Made by a program: the position numbers and the translations under genes
Shown here: positions 27,120-37,897 of the stretch, piece by piece
Numbering within the stretch: position 1 is the stretch's first letter
Layout: each line of letters opens with the position of its first letter
Notes under the pieces: model-generated
Databases searched by the model: none
The model's input: only the letters and a program-made list of their open reading frames with translations
Told to the model about the DNA's origin: nothing
Assembly (NCBI GenBank): GCA_963733295.1
Contig: CAVTCS010000003.1
Span: 1,504,001 to 1,568,000, forward strand
Length of the DNA: 64,000 nt
Direction of reading: 5' to 3'
From: Vulcanimicrobiota bacterium
GTDB lineage: Bacteria > Vulcanimicrobiota > Vulcanimicrobiia > Vulcanimicrobiales > Vulcanimicrobiaceae

Positions 27120-29204
27120 TCAGAGCACCTCGGCGATGAGCGCGGCCGCTCTCGCAGCACCGTCGCTCTGTACGGGGCGATAGACCGGCTTCCGCCCAAG
27201 TTGATCCACGATCGCCTCGGCGATCGCATCGAAATCCGCCTCAGCGTAATCCATGCGGCGCCCCGCCCCGTAACGCTCGAGGCGATGCGCGACGTGATAC
27301 GTTTGCTCGAAGTGATGCCGTAACGGAAAATAGACGAAGGGGCGCGCGGCCGCGGTCAATTCCATCGTGGTGGTGAGACCGCCCTGCACGAGCGCGATGT
27401 CGCAGACCGAGAGGTGCCGGTAGAGTTCGGGCACGTATCCGCGCAGCTCGACGCCGGGGTAGTGCGGCAAACTTGCGGGGTCGATGCGGGGGCCCGCGAC
27501 AACGATCATCCGCAGCTCGGGTACCCGCCGCTTCGCTTGCGGATAGGCGCCGATGATTCGCCGCAACAGTGCGCTGCCGACGCCCGATCCGCCGACGGTA
27601 ACGATGCAGATCGCTTCGTCGGGGCGATAGCCGAAACGCTCGCGCAACGTTTCGCGCTCGGCCTCGGTCGGCGGCACAAAACCGGTCACGTACCCCGGGA
27701 AATCATAGTGCGCCTCGGTCCACTCACGGATCGCCGGCAGGCCCGGTCCAAAGGAGGCCGCGACGATATCGTCGGGTTCGCCTACGAAGAGTGACCGATC
27801 GCGCAGATGCGGCGAACGTTCGATGTGTTCGATCATCTCGGCGTTGTAATCCGCCGTGATGCGTTGCTCGTATTCGCCGCCGTCGGGCATCGGCAGCCAA
27901 CCGACGAAATCGGTCATCCACACGAACGCGGTTCGCTTCTCGTTCGGATGCTCGTGCAGAAAGTGATCGACATCCCACGCTTCGTCACCGACGACGAGGT
28001 CGTAGTGCTCTTCCCGGATCAAATCGTAGAAGACCATGAAGTTGTTGACCAGGATCTCGTCCATCCGGCGGAGCGCACCGAATGCATGCAGGTCGTGTTC
28101 GGCGCACTCGCTCTCCAAGTGGGCGGTCTCGTTAGCAAGGGCTGCGCTGGCGGGATGGATCGTCTCGCCGCGCGCGCGCAGGGTAGCGGTCACCGGGTCT
28201 TGCGCGAGCCACTCGATGTCGACGTCCTCACGTAGCGAACGAAGTTCGGCAGCGATGGCGGCGTCGCGTTGCGCGTGACCAAGCCCGATTGGCGACGAGA
28301 TGAAGAGTGCGCGTTTCCGCCGGCCGGTGCGCGGTTTGGCGGATGGGCGGGGCCCGAGCGCATCGCGGATCTCCGCATTGATCCGGACGGGAACGCGCCC
28401 TTGCGGTATATGACCGCTCCCTTCGAGCAGAACGAAACGGCCGTGGGTCGCTTCGGCGAGCGCGCGCCCGCGCTCGCATGGCACGATGTGATCGGCACTG
28501 CCGTGCATGACGAGCACGGGACAGCGCACGCGCGCGGCAAGCTCGCGGGTCTCGTCAGCGGAAAGTTCAGGCGCCACGACGGTCGCCGCGAGGGTTTCGG
28601 GCGTCGTTTCAAGCGCCCATTCCACCGCATCCTCGAACGGTTTGGTCGAATGCGGTTCGGGAAGTGCCTCGTTGAAAAAGAACTCGACGAAGTCGCGATA
28701 ATGCGCGGTCCAATAATCGCGATTGTACTTCGCCCAGCCATCGTGGGCGTCGAGCTTTGTTTCAAAGGTAAGCGTAGCAGCGGCGCGGCCGGCGTTTGGC
28801 GGAGCGAGCGACACCGCCGGGCCAAGGCAAATCAGCTGCTCGACCCGTTCCGGGTGTCGCGCGGCCACCATCAGCGCCCAGCGAGCGCCCTTGGAGAGCC
28901 CCACGAGCGTCGCGCGCGCCGTCCCGGTGCTGTTCATGACGGCGAGCGCATCGGCTGCAAACGCCTCGTCGGAATAATCAAGCGAGGGCGAGCGATCGGA
29001 ACGGCCGTTACCGCGTCCGTCGAAGGTGACCACTCGGGCATGCCTCGCGAAATATGGAACCTGCGCCTTCCAAATGCGTGAGTGGACGATCGACCACGCC
29101 GGAAAGAATACGATCGTTCGGTCGCCGCTGCCGTAGACATCGTACGCGATCCGTACGCCGTCTCGCACCGCCACCCCCGAAAGTGACGGCTCGAGGGCTC
29201 TCAC
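27120..29204 (-). CDS. Fusion of alpha/beta hydrolase and GT-B glycosyltransferase
   Basis: FDGRGNGRSD, GLSKG nucleophile elbow, HGSAD, GSGH; then SPIGLGHA, VGGSGVG, QGGLTTTME, HFEQ; GTGA overlap with TetR. Confidence 0.88.
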   Translation of the reverse strand: MRALEPSLSGVAVRDGVRIAYDVYGSGDRTIVFFPAWSIVHSRIWKAQVPYFARHARVVTFDGRGNGRSDRSPSLDYSDEAFAADALAVMNSTGTARATLVGLSKGARWALMVAARHPERVEQLICLGPAVSLAPPNAGRAAATLTFETKLDAHDGWAKYNRDYWTAHYRDFVEFFFNEALPEPHSTKPFEDAVEWALETTPETLAATVVAPELSADETRELAARVRCPVLVMHGSADHIVPCERGRALAEATHGRFVLLEGSGHIPQGRVPVRINAEIRDALGPRPSAKPRTGRRKRALFISSPIGLGHAQRDAAIAAELRSLREDVDIEWLAQDPVTATLRARGETIHPASAALANETAHLESECAEHDLHAFGALRRMDEILVNNFMVFYDLIREEHYDLVVGDEAWDVDHFLHEHPNEKRTAFVWMTDFVGWLPMPDGGEYEQRITADYNAEMIEHIERSPHLRDRSLFVGEPDDIVAASFGPGLPAIREWTEAHYDFPGYVTGFVPPTEAERETLRERFGYRPDEAICIVTVGGSGVGSALLRRIIGAYPQAKRRVPELRMIVVAGPRIDPASLPHYPGVELRGYVPELYRHLSVCDIALVQGGLTTTMELTAAARPFVYFPLRHHFEQTYHVAHRLERYGAGRRMDYAEADFDAIAEAIVDQLGRKPVYRPVQSDGAARAAALIAEVL

Positions 29205-29818
29205 CGCACGCGCTCCTTCTCCCAACGCTGCAGTAGATTGTCGATCATTTTCAACATTGCGGCGTGGTTGGTGTCGATGCCGCCAAGCCGCTCGAGCAGC
29301 AGCCCCACGTTAAAAGTCCGCACCAGAGTCGTCACCGCCTCGACCGGAAATTTCCGCCGGTCGACACCGTACTCTTTGAGCGCATTGCCCAACGCCTCCG
29401 TCAAGACGACGTCCCACTGCTCGTGGATGTGGCGCAACCGCTCGCGGAATTCGGGATGGTTCCACGACATGGCTTGCAGCTCGTACCAGATCTTCGGGTA
29501 ACCGGCAGCGAGGTCGTCGTCGATGAAATTCATCGCTTTGCGCCATTTTTCGATGAATGGGACGCCGGCAGCGGCGTACATCGCGCGCTGACGCGTCAGG
29601 ATCCGTTCCGTAAATCGATCGAGGACGCGCATCATCAGCTCTTCCATCGAGCCGAAGTAATAGTGCACCAAGCCGTGATTCGCACCGGCTTCGAGCGCGA
29701 GCTTCCGCGTCGTAATCGTAGCGTAACCGTCACGCACGAGCAGGCGCTCCGCGGCATCGAGGAACGCCTGCTCGGTCTCATGGCGCGAAGCCGAGACACC
29801 GACCCGGTTGCGATTCAG
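29201..29818 (-). CDS. TetR/AcrR family regulator
   Basis: EQAFLDAAERLLVRDGYATITTRKLALEAGANHGLVHYYFGS; helix 1 lies upstream of the first canonical start, start uncertain. Confidence 0.9.
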   Translation of the reverse strand: MNRNRVGVSASRHETEQAFLDAAERLLVRDGYATITTRKLALEAGANHGLVHYYFGSMEELMMRVLDRFTERILTRQRAMYAAAGVPFIEKWRKAMNFIDDDLAAGYPKIWYELQAMSWNHPEFRERLRHIHEQWDVVLTEALGNALKEYGVDRRKFPVEAVTTLVRTFNVGLLLERLGGIDTNHAAMLKMIDNLLQRWEKERVR

Positions 29819-30903
29819 GGCTTAATCTCGAACACGATGTTGAACGGTGTCTCGGTTGCGCGCCGGAAGCGCGTCAGACCTGCGTCATGCACGACCTTGC
29901 CGAGACGTGCCTCGCCTGCTTGTGCGCCCAGCGCCAGGCCAACCTCTTGTGAGCGCGAGGCAGGCGTACACAGGAGCGTTGAGGCCGCGTAGAAGATCCG
30001 GCCGACGGGATTGAGGTTATCTTCGAGTCGATCGCCGGCATAGGGTTCGACGAGCATCCACGAACCCTCCGGCCCGAGCGCGTCGCGCACGTGCTTGGCC
30101 GCTCCGACCGGGTCGCCCATGTCGTGCAAACAATCGAAGTACGCGATGAGATCGTAGTCGCGACCGGGGAAATCTTTCGCGCTCGCGACCTCGAAGGTGA
30201 CGCGATCTGAGACTCCGGCGGCTTGCGCGCGCTTGCGGGCCAAGTCGATGGATGGCGCGTGGTAATCGAAGCCATAGAACTTGGATTTCGGATATGCCTG
30301 CGCCATAATGATCGTCGAGGCCCCGAGGCCGCAACCCACGTCGGCTACCTTGGCACCGGCGCGTAGCTTTGCTTCGATGCCGTCGAGCGCAGGAATCCAC
30401 TCGGCGACGAGGTGAGCGTTGTAGCCGGGGCGGAAAAAGCGCTCCGTTCCTTCGAACAGCACGGGGTCATGCTCGTGCCAGCCGAACCCTTTACCGCTAC
30501 GGAATCGCTCGCTGATCTTCGGCTCCGCCGCCATCATCGCTTCGACGATTTGGAAAGCGCCGTGAATGTAGAGTGGGCTTCCCTCGTCGGCGAGCATGAA
30601 CGCGCGCTCGGGCGGAAGGGTGAAGGCTTGAGTCGAGGGATCGTAGTCGACGTACCCGCTTGCGGCTTGATTTGCAAGCCATTCCCGAACGTAGCGCTCG
30701 TCGGTTCCGGTGCGCGCCGCCAACTCGCTTGAGGTGAGCGCATCTCCCTTAGCGAGTTCGCGATAGAGTCCAACCTTGTCGCCGATGATGAGAAGCACGG
30801 CGCTCGCCGCCGCGCCCAAGTCGTTCAGCATCTTCCCGATGAACGCGTTGAGTTTGTCCGGGTCGGGCGACTTTGCCGGCACTGCGGCAGTTTCAACAGC
30901 CAT
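29815..30903 (-). CDS. Class I SAM methyltransferase with N-terminal winged helix
   Basis: ERYVREWL wHTH, VADVGCGLG, FDCLHDMGDP; GGAGG SD. Confidence 0.92.
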   Translation of the reverse strand: MAVETAAVPAKSPDPDKLNAFIGKMLNDLGAAASAVLLIIGDKVGLYRELAKGDALTSSELAARTGTDERYVREWLANQAASGYVDYDPSTQAFTLPPERAFMLADEGSPLYIHGAFQIVEAMMAAEPKISERFRSGKGFGWHEHDPVLFEGTERFFRPGYNAHLVAEWIPALDGIEAKLRAGAKVADVGCGLGASTIIMAQAYPKSKFYGFDYHAPSIDLARKRAQAAGVSDRVTFEVASAKDFPGRDYDLIAYFDCLHDMGDPVGAAKHVRDALGPEGSWMLVEPYAGDRLEDNLNPVGRIFYAASTLLCTPASRSQEVGLALGAQAGEARLGKVVHDAGLTRFRRATETPFNIVFEIKP

Positions 30904-30928
30904 AAGGGCCTCCAGTCAGGCAGGTGTA

Positions 30929-30978
30929 TTAGTCATATGACTAAGGCAAAAGCTAACCGTGCCCGCGAGATTTGTCAA
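30929..30978 (-). promoter_or_regulatory. Sigma70 promoter and perfect 16-bp palindromic operator
   Basis: TTGACA (30978-30973), 17 nt, TAGCTT (30955-30950); TTAGTCATATGACTAA at 30929-30944. Confidence 0.85.
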
Positions 30979-31013
30979 GCCCCCTCGACCCGACCGGGGT
31001 CCGGCGGCCACCG

Positions 31014-32045
<1,032 letters not shown>

Positions 32046-32173
32046 TTACGTTCGGGTCCCATCCGGGGGCGGAGCGGGAAGCACGGAAGATCGATCCAAC
32101 CCCTTCGGGTGTGCGCGAGGCCTGCGGCACCGGCCTGCCGCCCACGAGGACCCACGCAACGAAGGGGCAATCG

Positions 32174-32350
32174 ATGCCACGATCAATGGCGTTTTATTCG
32201 GTCAACGAAGTTAAGAAACCGAGACGCGTCTATCACGATAACAGTGCCTGTCCCGTAGGTCGCGACATTCCGAGGAACGAGCGGCGCAACGGCACGGCTA
32301 ACTACCGGCTCTGCGAGGGCTGCGAGATACTCAACCGTCAGGGCCGCTAA
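32174..32350 (+). CDS. Small (58 aa) putative zinc-binding protein
   Basis: AAGGGG SD, ATG 32174; YHDNSAC..LCEGC; stop abuts the SD of the next gene. Confidence 0.7.
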   Translation: MPRSMAFYSVNEVKKPRRVYHDNSACPVGRDIPRNERRNGTANYRLCEGCEILNRQGR

Positions 32351-32362
32351 GGAGAAGCCGCT

Positions 32363-32713
32363 ATGAACCGTCTTCTAAAAGCGAACTTTTTCGCTATGAT
32401 CCTCGTGCTTGCGGTCGCCGGCGTTGCACGGGCCGATACGCTTAACGGAGTCATTACGGACTACGAAAGCGGCAATCAAGGCACGAACATGACTGTCAAG
32501 ACGATTGATGGGAAAAATCACGTCTTGTGGTTCGACAACATGAAGAAGCCGTTGTTCGAAGGGAAAGCACTGCCGTGGTGCCCCGACTTTCCATGCGCCG
32601 GCTGGCCGAAGCAACTGGTTCTTGGAAAGACGCACGTAACCGTCTACGCCGTCAACGAGACGGTTGACGGCCACGTCATCCAGACTCCGACCAAGATCAC
32701 CCTATCGCACTAG
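32363..32713 (+). CDS. Secreted hypothetical protein
   Basis: AAGGAG SD, signal peptide ending ARA-D. Confidence 0.8.
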   Translation: MNRLLKANFFAMILVLAVAGVARADTLNGVITDYESGNQGTNMTVKTIDGKNHVLWFDNMKKPLFEGKALPWCPDFPCAGWPKQLVLGKTHVTVYAVNETVDGHVIQTPTKITLSH

Positions 32714-34389
32714 CGCCGCAGAAGGTCCGGTGGCGGCGCACCTTGGCCGCGTAACTCGATGTTCAGATCGCTCAAACAGCTGTCGTGGACGTTGACGCAT
32801 CGATAAACGACTGCTGGATGTTGTGCGGCGAAGGCGGCCAGAAGGCGCTCCAGCGCCGGCGATGGGCCGATCGCATACATGGTCGCGAAGCTTCGCTTCG
32901 ACAGCGCGCCGGCATCGGGAACCGCTTGCACGGGATTGCGGCATTCGTAGCACTTCGGCCACAAAACGGCTTGGACGTTTGCATCGAGATAGTTCGAAAG
33001 GACGAGCGGGTAGAGTAGGTAGCCATCGCTTATGAGAAGCGGCCGCTTCGACCGGTCGATCGCTCGAGCGACCGAGATGGAGTTGTCGCTTTGCGTGCTC
33101 CACCAGGTTTGGGAAGCGGAGCTGGCGGCGCAGGAGCCGGTGGCAGCTGCAAGCAGTCCCACGAGCAACGCGTAGCCGAGCGCGGAACGCGCTTTCACGG
33201 GTGAGGCGAGCATGGAGCTCAGCCAACCCGCAACGCAAAGGTCGACCATCACCAAAGCGGGGATCAAGTAACGTTGTTCCCGGATGCGTTGGCCATGTTC
33301 GAGCAAGTCGGGAATCAAAAGCGGCAGCGTTGTCGCGAGCAGCATGATGACGACGAACAGCCACGCGCGCAGCGGCCGGTGTCGGATCACGCCGGCGAGC
33401 GAGATCACGATCAAGAGCAACGACGCGCCGGTACTCACGGCCGCAACCGGTGAGGGCGTTTCCCAATCAAAGTCGATGAAATCCAGTCGGAACGTGCTCA
33501 AGAAGGCACGCAGGATCGCGGTCCGGCTGCCGGGCGAATGAAACGTCGTCCGGAGCGATCCCGTGACCACGTTCAAATCGCGCAGCAGATAGATGCTCCA
33601 TGGAACGAATGCGGCGCATCCGAGTGCGGTCGCCGCCGCGAAACGGAGCAGCTTTGCACGGTCGTGCCACTCGACGAGCGCCGCGTACAGCGCCAAGCCG
33701 CCGAGCGCAAGGGCGGTGAGCGGGTGCACGTACAGCCCAAATGCTACGAGCATTGCGAAAAGCGTCCAAGACCCGAGACTGTCGAGCCGTAACCCCCGGA
33801 GAAACGCAGCCTCAAGCGCGAGGAGCGCCACCGTCCAGAGCGCATATTCGCGGGCTTGTTGCGCGAAGAGCACGGCTACCGGCGAAACCGCGAATAGGGC
33901 GGCCGCCGTCCAAGCCGCCACGCGAGAGCGGTAGAGTTCGTTTCCCAACCAGAACGCGCACGGAAGCGCCAGTAAGGACAGCCAAGCCGAGAGACTGCGC
34001 GTCGCAGCAACTGAGTTTCCCGCAAATCCGACCCAAAAATGCGCGAGCTCGTAGTAGATCGGCGTATGGTGCGGTTCCTCGAGCGCAAGCGCGCGAGCCG
34101 GAGCAAACGGGTCGCTCGACCCTGCCGGTGGCGCCGGATGAAGTATCGTCCACAGCGCGTGCGCGTCGCTGAGCGTCCCGGCGCGCGCGACGAGTTGCGC
34201 CTCCGTATCGCCAAACATGCGAAGTGACGAATAGACTTCGTCACCCCAGTAAACTTTTCGGTCCAAATGGTAAAAACGAAAGAACACGCCGAGCGCAAGA
34301 ACGACGAGCGTTATTGCAACGAGCGCAGCCGGAATGCTTTGCGCAGGATCAGCTGTGTAACGCGCCCGCGATGGGAGAGTCGGAACCAT
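32710..34389 (-). CDS. GT-C membrane glycosyltransferase (GT39/ArnT-like)
   Basis: First-loop YWGDEVYS, EPHHTPIYY, RSLS, QQAREYAL, many TM helices; start uncertain. Confidence 0.88.
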   Translation of the reverse strand: MVPTLPSRARYTADPAQSIPAALVAITLVVLALGVFFRFYHLDRKVYWGDEVYSSLRMFGDTEAQLVARAGTLSDAHALWTILHPAPPAGSSDPFAPARALALEEPHHTPIYYELAHFWVGFAGNSVAATRSLSAWLSLLALPCAFWLGNELYRSRVAAWTAAALFAVSPVAVLFAQQAREYALWTVALLALEAAFLRGLRLDSLGSWTLFAMLVAFGLYVHPLTALALGGLALYAALVEWHDRAKLLRFAAATALGCAAFVPWSIYLLRDLNVVTGSLRTTFHSPGSRTAILRAFLSTFRLDFIDFDWETPSPVAAVSTGASLLLIVISLAGVIRHRPLRAWLFVVIMLLATTLPLLIPDLLEHGQRIREQRYLIPALVMVDLCVAGWLSSMLASPVKARSALGYALLVGLLAAATGSCAASSASQTWWSTQSDNSISVARAIDRSKRPLLISDGYLLYPLVLSNYLDANVQAVLWPKCYECRNPVQAVPDAGALSKRSFATMYAIGPSPALERLLAAFAAQHPAVVYRCVNVHDSCLSDLNIELRGQGAPPPDLLRR

Positions 34390-34611
34390 GGGGTAGGCCC
34401 TGCAAATTACGCGAAAAAGGGTTCTCGGCATACAACGCAAGTCCGTCACGAAGCGGCGCTCTTGCGCTCTCAGGCGCCGGCGCCACCGCCGGCTCTTGAC
34501 TCCGCGGGGGCGACCTCCGGGCGACGGCGGCAAAGGTCGGGCGGGCGCAAAGCGGGTCAACTCCCGGCAGATACGAAACGGAAAGCGAGCGCTCCAGAGA
34601 AAGTGAGAACG

Positions 34612-35121
34612 ATGAGACTCAACCGATTTACAGCTGGGTTATCCATCAGTGTTGGCGCCATTATGTTCGCAGCGGGAGTCTTGAGCGGGCACGCATCCGC
34701 CGCTGCACCGGGCGTCTCCGCAGACGCCGGCTGGTGGCACGACGTGCAGCGCGATGCCCGAGCCGACGTGGTTCACGCGAGCATTGACGCCTACGAGACC
34801 GGCTGGCTGCGCGGATCGGACGCGGAAGGCGTTCGGATAATTGCGGCCCTCAAAAGCGCGGTCGCCGCTAACTTAGTGCCGGCTGCGACGCTCGCAACCG
34901 TCGACGCCATCGTCTATAAGAAATCCGCAACGGGACACTACGAATCGTATGCGCTGGCTCCCGAATTCTCGAAGACCTTTGGAGCTTACGAAGCGCTCTT
35001 GGACGATTTCTACGTGAGATATCCCAAGGCATCAACCGCGACGATCGGCGATATCATGACGTGTCTGGCAGACGTTCCAGTCTTCAGTTGTGACCAGGTG
35101 GCGAAACTCGAATCTCAGTAA
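34612..35121 (+). CDS. Secreted hypothetical protein
   Basis: Signal peptide MRLNRFTAGLSISVGAIMFAAG. Confidence 0.7.
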   Translation: MRLNRFTAGLSISVGAIMFAAGVLSGHASAAAPGVSADAGWWHDVQRDARADVVHASIDAYETGWLRGSDAEGVRIIAALKSAVAANLVPAATLATVDAIVYKKSATGHYESYALAPEFSKTFGAYEALLDDFYVRYPKASTATIGDIMTCLADVPVFSCDQVAKLESQ

Positions 35122-35218
35122 GGCCGGTTTGCCCCGGCCCGGGGCAGCGCCCGTTATTTTGTGATGTCCGTCCGGCAATGTTTGCGCGACCGCTTACCGA
35201 AGTGCCGAGCAAGCAACC

Positions 35219-36694
35219 ATGCAGACCACGAAACGCTTGGGTTTATCTACAGCTTGGGCCGCACTCGCAACAGCCTGCCTGCTTTCAGCCTGCGGCGGCT
35301 CCAGAGCGTTGCCGTCCGGCAACGCTCCCGCTCAATTCCAGGGTTTTCGGCAATCCTTTAGCCAGCCCGACCGGATCACGGCCGACGCGGCAACCTCGTC
35401 CACATCCTGCGTCGGTTCCGATCCGAACGTTCGCGCAGCGAACAAGCCGCATGGAATGTACGTCTGGAATCCCAATCACTTCAGCGCGTTCGTCCAAACG
35501 TCGCTGCTGAGCGTCATAGGAACCGACCACACCTTGTGCGGTGTGAGTTTCGTGATCAACTGGCGCGACGTGAATCCCGCGCGCGGCGTGTACGATTGGT
35601 CGTACGTCGACGGATCCGCGGCTCCTCCGAACCTGCCTTCGCCCGCGCCTGGTGCGACCGCCATGCCCACGAACATCGCGGCGCCGTACGTCACTGCCGG
35701 TTTGCGAGTCAATTTGCTTTTCGCGGACGGTCCCGAAATCGGCACGGTGAACGACGTGACGCCGAGCTACGTGACCGATCCCGTCAGCGCCGGCGGCGAC
35801 GGCGTTCCCGTGATAAGTTGCTCTCCGATGCCGGGCAAACCCGGGCTTCCCAGCCAGCCGTACTATCCGGACCCCACCTTCGAAGCCGATTGGGCCACGT
35901 TCATCGCGGCCGCGGTCGCCCATTTCAGCGGCGAGTCGCCGATCGGCGCCCACATCGGATACATGCGCTTCGCCCAAGGCTTCGGAACCGAAGCGCTTCC
36001 CGGTCACGGGTACGACGGCCAAAAAGGCAGTTCGGATTGGAGTGCGCTTCAACCAGAATGCATGGACGCATGGACGTCTTCGTCGCTCAGCCCTTCGCTC
36101 TCGGTCGCAACGTGGAAAACCCACAGCCTGCACGTGATTCAAGCGATTTCTTCGGCCGTCGAAGCCGTGGGCTCGAGCAAGCAGATGATGATCGCTTTGA
36201 ACGGCTACACCGGCGATACACATCAGCCGATCGGCCCGTTTGGCGGCTACGCGCTCCCGAACGCGGTGGCGGCTGCTGCGGCCGCGAGCGGCATCGGGTT
36301 CGGTACCGAGAACTTGGGCGATACGAACCCGGTCATCAAACCCTGCAGCGAATCGCATTCGTCAGGCAACCTCTACTGGTGTGCACCCGTTCATGCGTCG
36401 TTCGCAGACGCGGTGCCGATCGAATTTCAGACGATAACCGAAACGACCCCAGGTGTGTCGAAGAACGGTTCGCTGAACATTCAGACGATCTTGAAATATG
36501 CGATCAACAACAAAGCCCAGATTCTGGAGTTGTATCCGTCGGAATGGTTGCGTGCCAACGGATTACCGCCTAGCCAAGGCGCGTCGGCTCCGCGACCTCT
36601 CGTCGCGACGAACTATCGCTGTGCGATGTACAAAGCGGCCGCGGTCCTCGGTCTCACCGCGCCGACGACGCCGCCTTGCAACGGAACGTACTAG
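35219..36694 (+). CDS. Lipoprotein, probable glycoside hydrolase (clan-A-like barrel)
   Basis: Lipobox LSAC; INWRDVNPARGVYDWSYVD resembles the W..xEP..G.YDWS..D motif of GH35/42-type enzymes. Confidence 0.6.
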   Translation: MQTTKRLGLSTAWAALATACLLSACGGSRALPSGNAPAQFQGFRQSFSQPDRITADAATSSTSCVGSDPNVRAANKPHGMYVWNPNHFSAFVQTSLLSVIGTDHTLCGVSFVINWRDVNPARGVYDWSYVDGSAAPPNLPSPAPGATAMPTNIAAPYVTAGLRVNLLFADGPEIGTVNDVTPSYVTDPVSAGGDGVPVISCSPMPGKPGLPSQPYYPDPTFEADWATFIAAAVAHFSGESPIGAHIGYMRFAQGFGTEALPGHGYDGQKGSSDWSALQPECMDAWTSSSLSPSLSVATWKTHSLHVIQAISSAVEAVGSSKQMMIALNGYTGDTHQPIGPFGGYALPNAVAAAAAASGIGFGTENLGDTNPVIKPCSESHSSGNLYWCAPVHASFADAVPIEFQTITETTPGVSKNGSLNIQTILKYAINNKAQILELYPSEWLRANGLPPSQGASAPRPLVATNYRCAMYKAAAVLGLTAPTTPPCNGTY

Positions 36695-36706
36695 GTAGTC
36701 ACGCCG

Positions 36707-37279
36707 CTATTGCGTCGAGAAGACTGCACCCGGTATGAGAGCATTGACACACGCGTTCTTTCCCACTCCCGCCACCTCGACCGTATAGGTTTGCTTACTC
36801 GAAAGCATAAAGCCGGTAGCTTCGTAGTAAACCGGGTTCGAGAAAATCGGCGGCGTTTGTACGGGGGTTGGAACAGGCCTTGGAGTTGGAGTCGGTCCCG
36901 ATGGGGAGGGCGTTACGGCTGGCGTTGCGGTGGGCGTTGCACTCGGAGCAGCGCTTGACGTCGGAGCCGGGCTTGCCGGAGGCTGCGTCGGCGATGCAAT
37001 CGGTCCGAAAAGCGGATAGGCCGTCGACGGCGGCGAGTTCGGTTGATCCGTCTGAGGATTCGATGCCGCTACGGCCAGGCCCACGTTTGTGGCAAATATC
37101 GGACCCTGCGATACGATCACGATCGTTCCCGTGGAACTGGACACGGTGCTTCCGGGCACCGGAGCGACGAGCAGGACACCCGATCCCGTAGTGCAGGTCG
37201 GCACGGTGTTCGGCGGAGCGCCGCTGCCGCAGCCTGTAACGAAGAACGCTAGCGACGCTAGACAGAGTGAAGCCCGCAT
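36707..37279 (-). CDS. Pro/Thr-rich lipoprotein
   Basis: Lipobox VTGC, PT-rich linker. Confidence 0.75.
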   Translation of the reverse strand: MRASLCLASLAFFVTGCGSGAPPNTVPTCTTGSGVLLVAPVPGSTVSSSTGTIVIVSQGPIFATNVGLAVAASNPQTDQPNSPPSTAYPLFGPIASPTQPPASPAPTSSAAPSATPTATPAVTPSPSGPTPTPRPVPTPVQTPPIFSNPVYYEATGFMLSSKQTYTVEVAGVGKNACVNALIPGAVFSTQ

Positions 37280-37366
37280 GTCCTGCATCCTTCTTACGGC
37301 ACCATCGAGCGCCTCGCGGCGTGGATTCATCTTTTCACCAACAGCACCTGCGCGTCGCGGCGGCGC

Positions 37367-37798
37367 CTAGCGCTGGATTAGGTTCAGCAGGTAGGCGCGC
37401 GCGCCGGCGGCATCGCTCTTGCTCAAGAAAAGGATCGAGACTTCGTCCGTATCTCGCGTTTGCACCATGCCGGCGTTCATCGTGTTGGTGGCGGTGATCT
37501 TCTTGCTTAGGTGAAGATCGATCAGCCAGTTTTTCTTGTAAACGTACGGTTGAGTGATCGACACGACGGATTTCAGGGGCGCTGCGAACCGGAAGCTGCC
37601 CTCGGAAAACTTGCGGTCGATCGTCACCGTGCCCGAAGCGAGGCTGACCGTCTGCGTGGCCGTGCCCGGATCGGCCGGCAGCGTGACGTTCCAGTGGGGG
37701 ACATTTTGCGCGATCGCCGGGACCCGCATCAAGACGAAGGCCACCGCGACTGCAAACAGCAGGCGCCGTGAAAAGCGCGCTAGGTTCATGGCAGGCAT
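37367..37798 (-). CDS. Secreted hypothetical protein
   Basis: Signal peptide ending AIA-Q; divergent from the radical SAM gene. Confidence 0.7.
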   Translation of the reverse strand: MPAMNLARFSRRLLFAVAVAFVLMRVPAIAQNVPHWNVTLPADPGTATQTVSLASGTVTIDRKFSEGSFRFAAPLKSVVSITQPYVYKKNWLIDLHLSKKITATNTMNAGMVQTRDTDEVSILFLSKSDAAGARAYLLNLIQR

Positions 37799-37897
37799 CT
37801 TCGCTTGTGCGATGCTCCACACTTCTTTCGGCGCAGCTCGCCTTCTGATACTTTGCTGGGACCAAGGATAACCGTCGATGAAGTCTAACGCTCGGCC

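Noticed and set aside
29815..30903. Methyltransferase as the borosin partner of the 39.8-kb peptide
   Set aside because: Class I Rossmann type in its own TetR operon 9 kb away; borosin enzymes are tetrapyrrole-methylase-like
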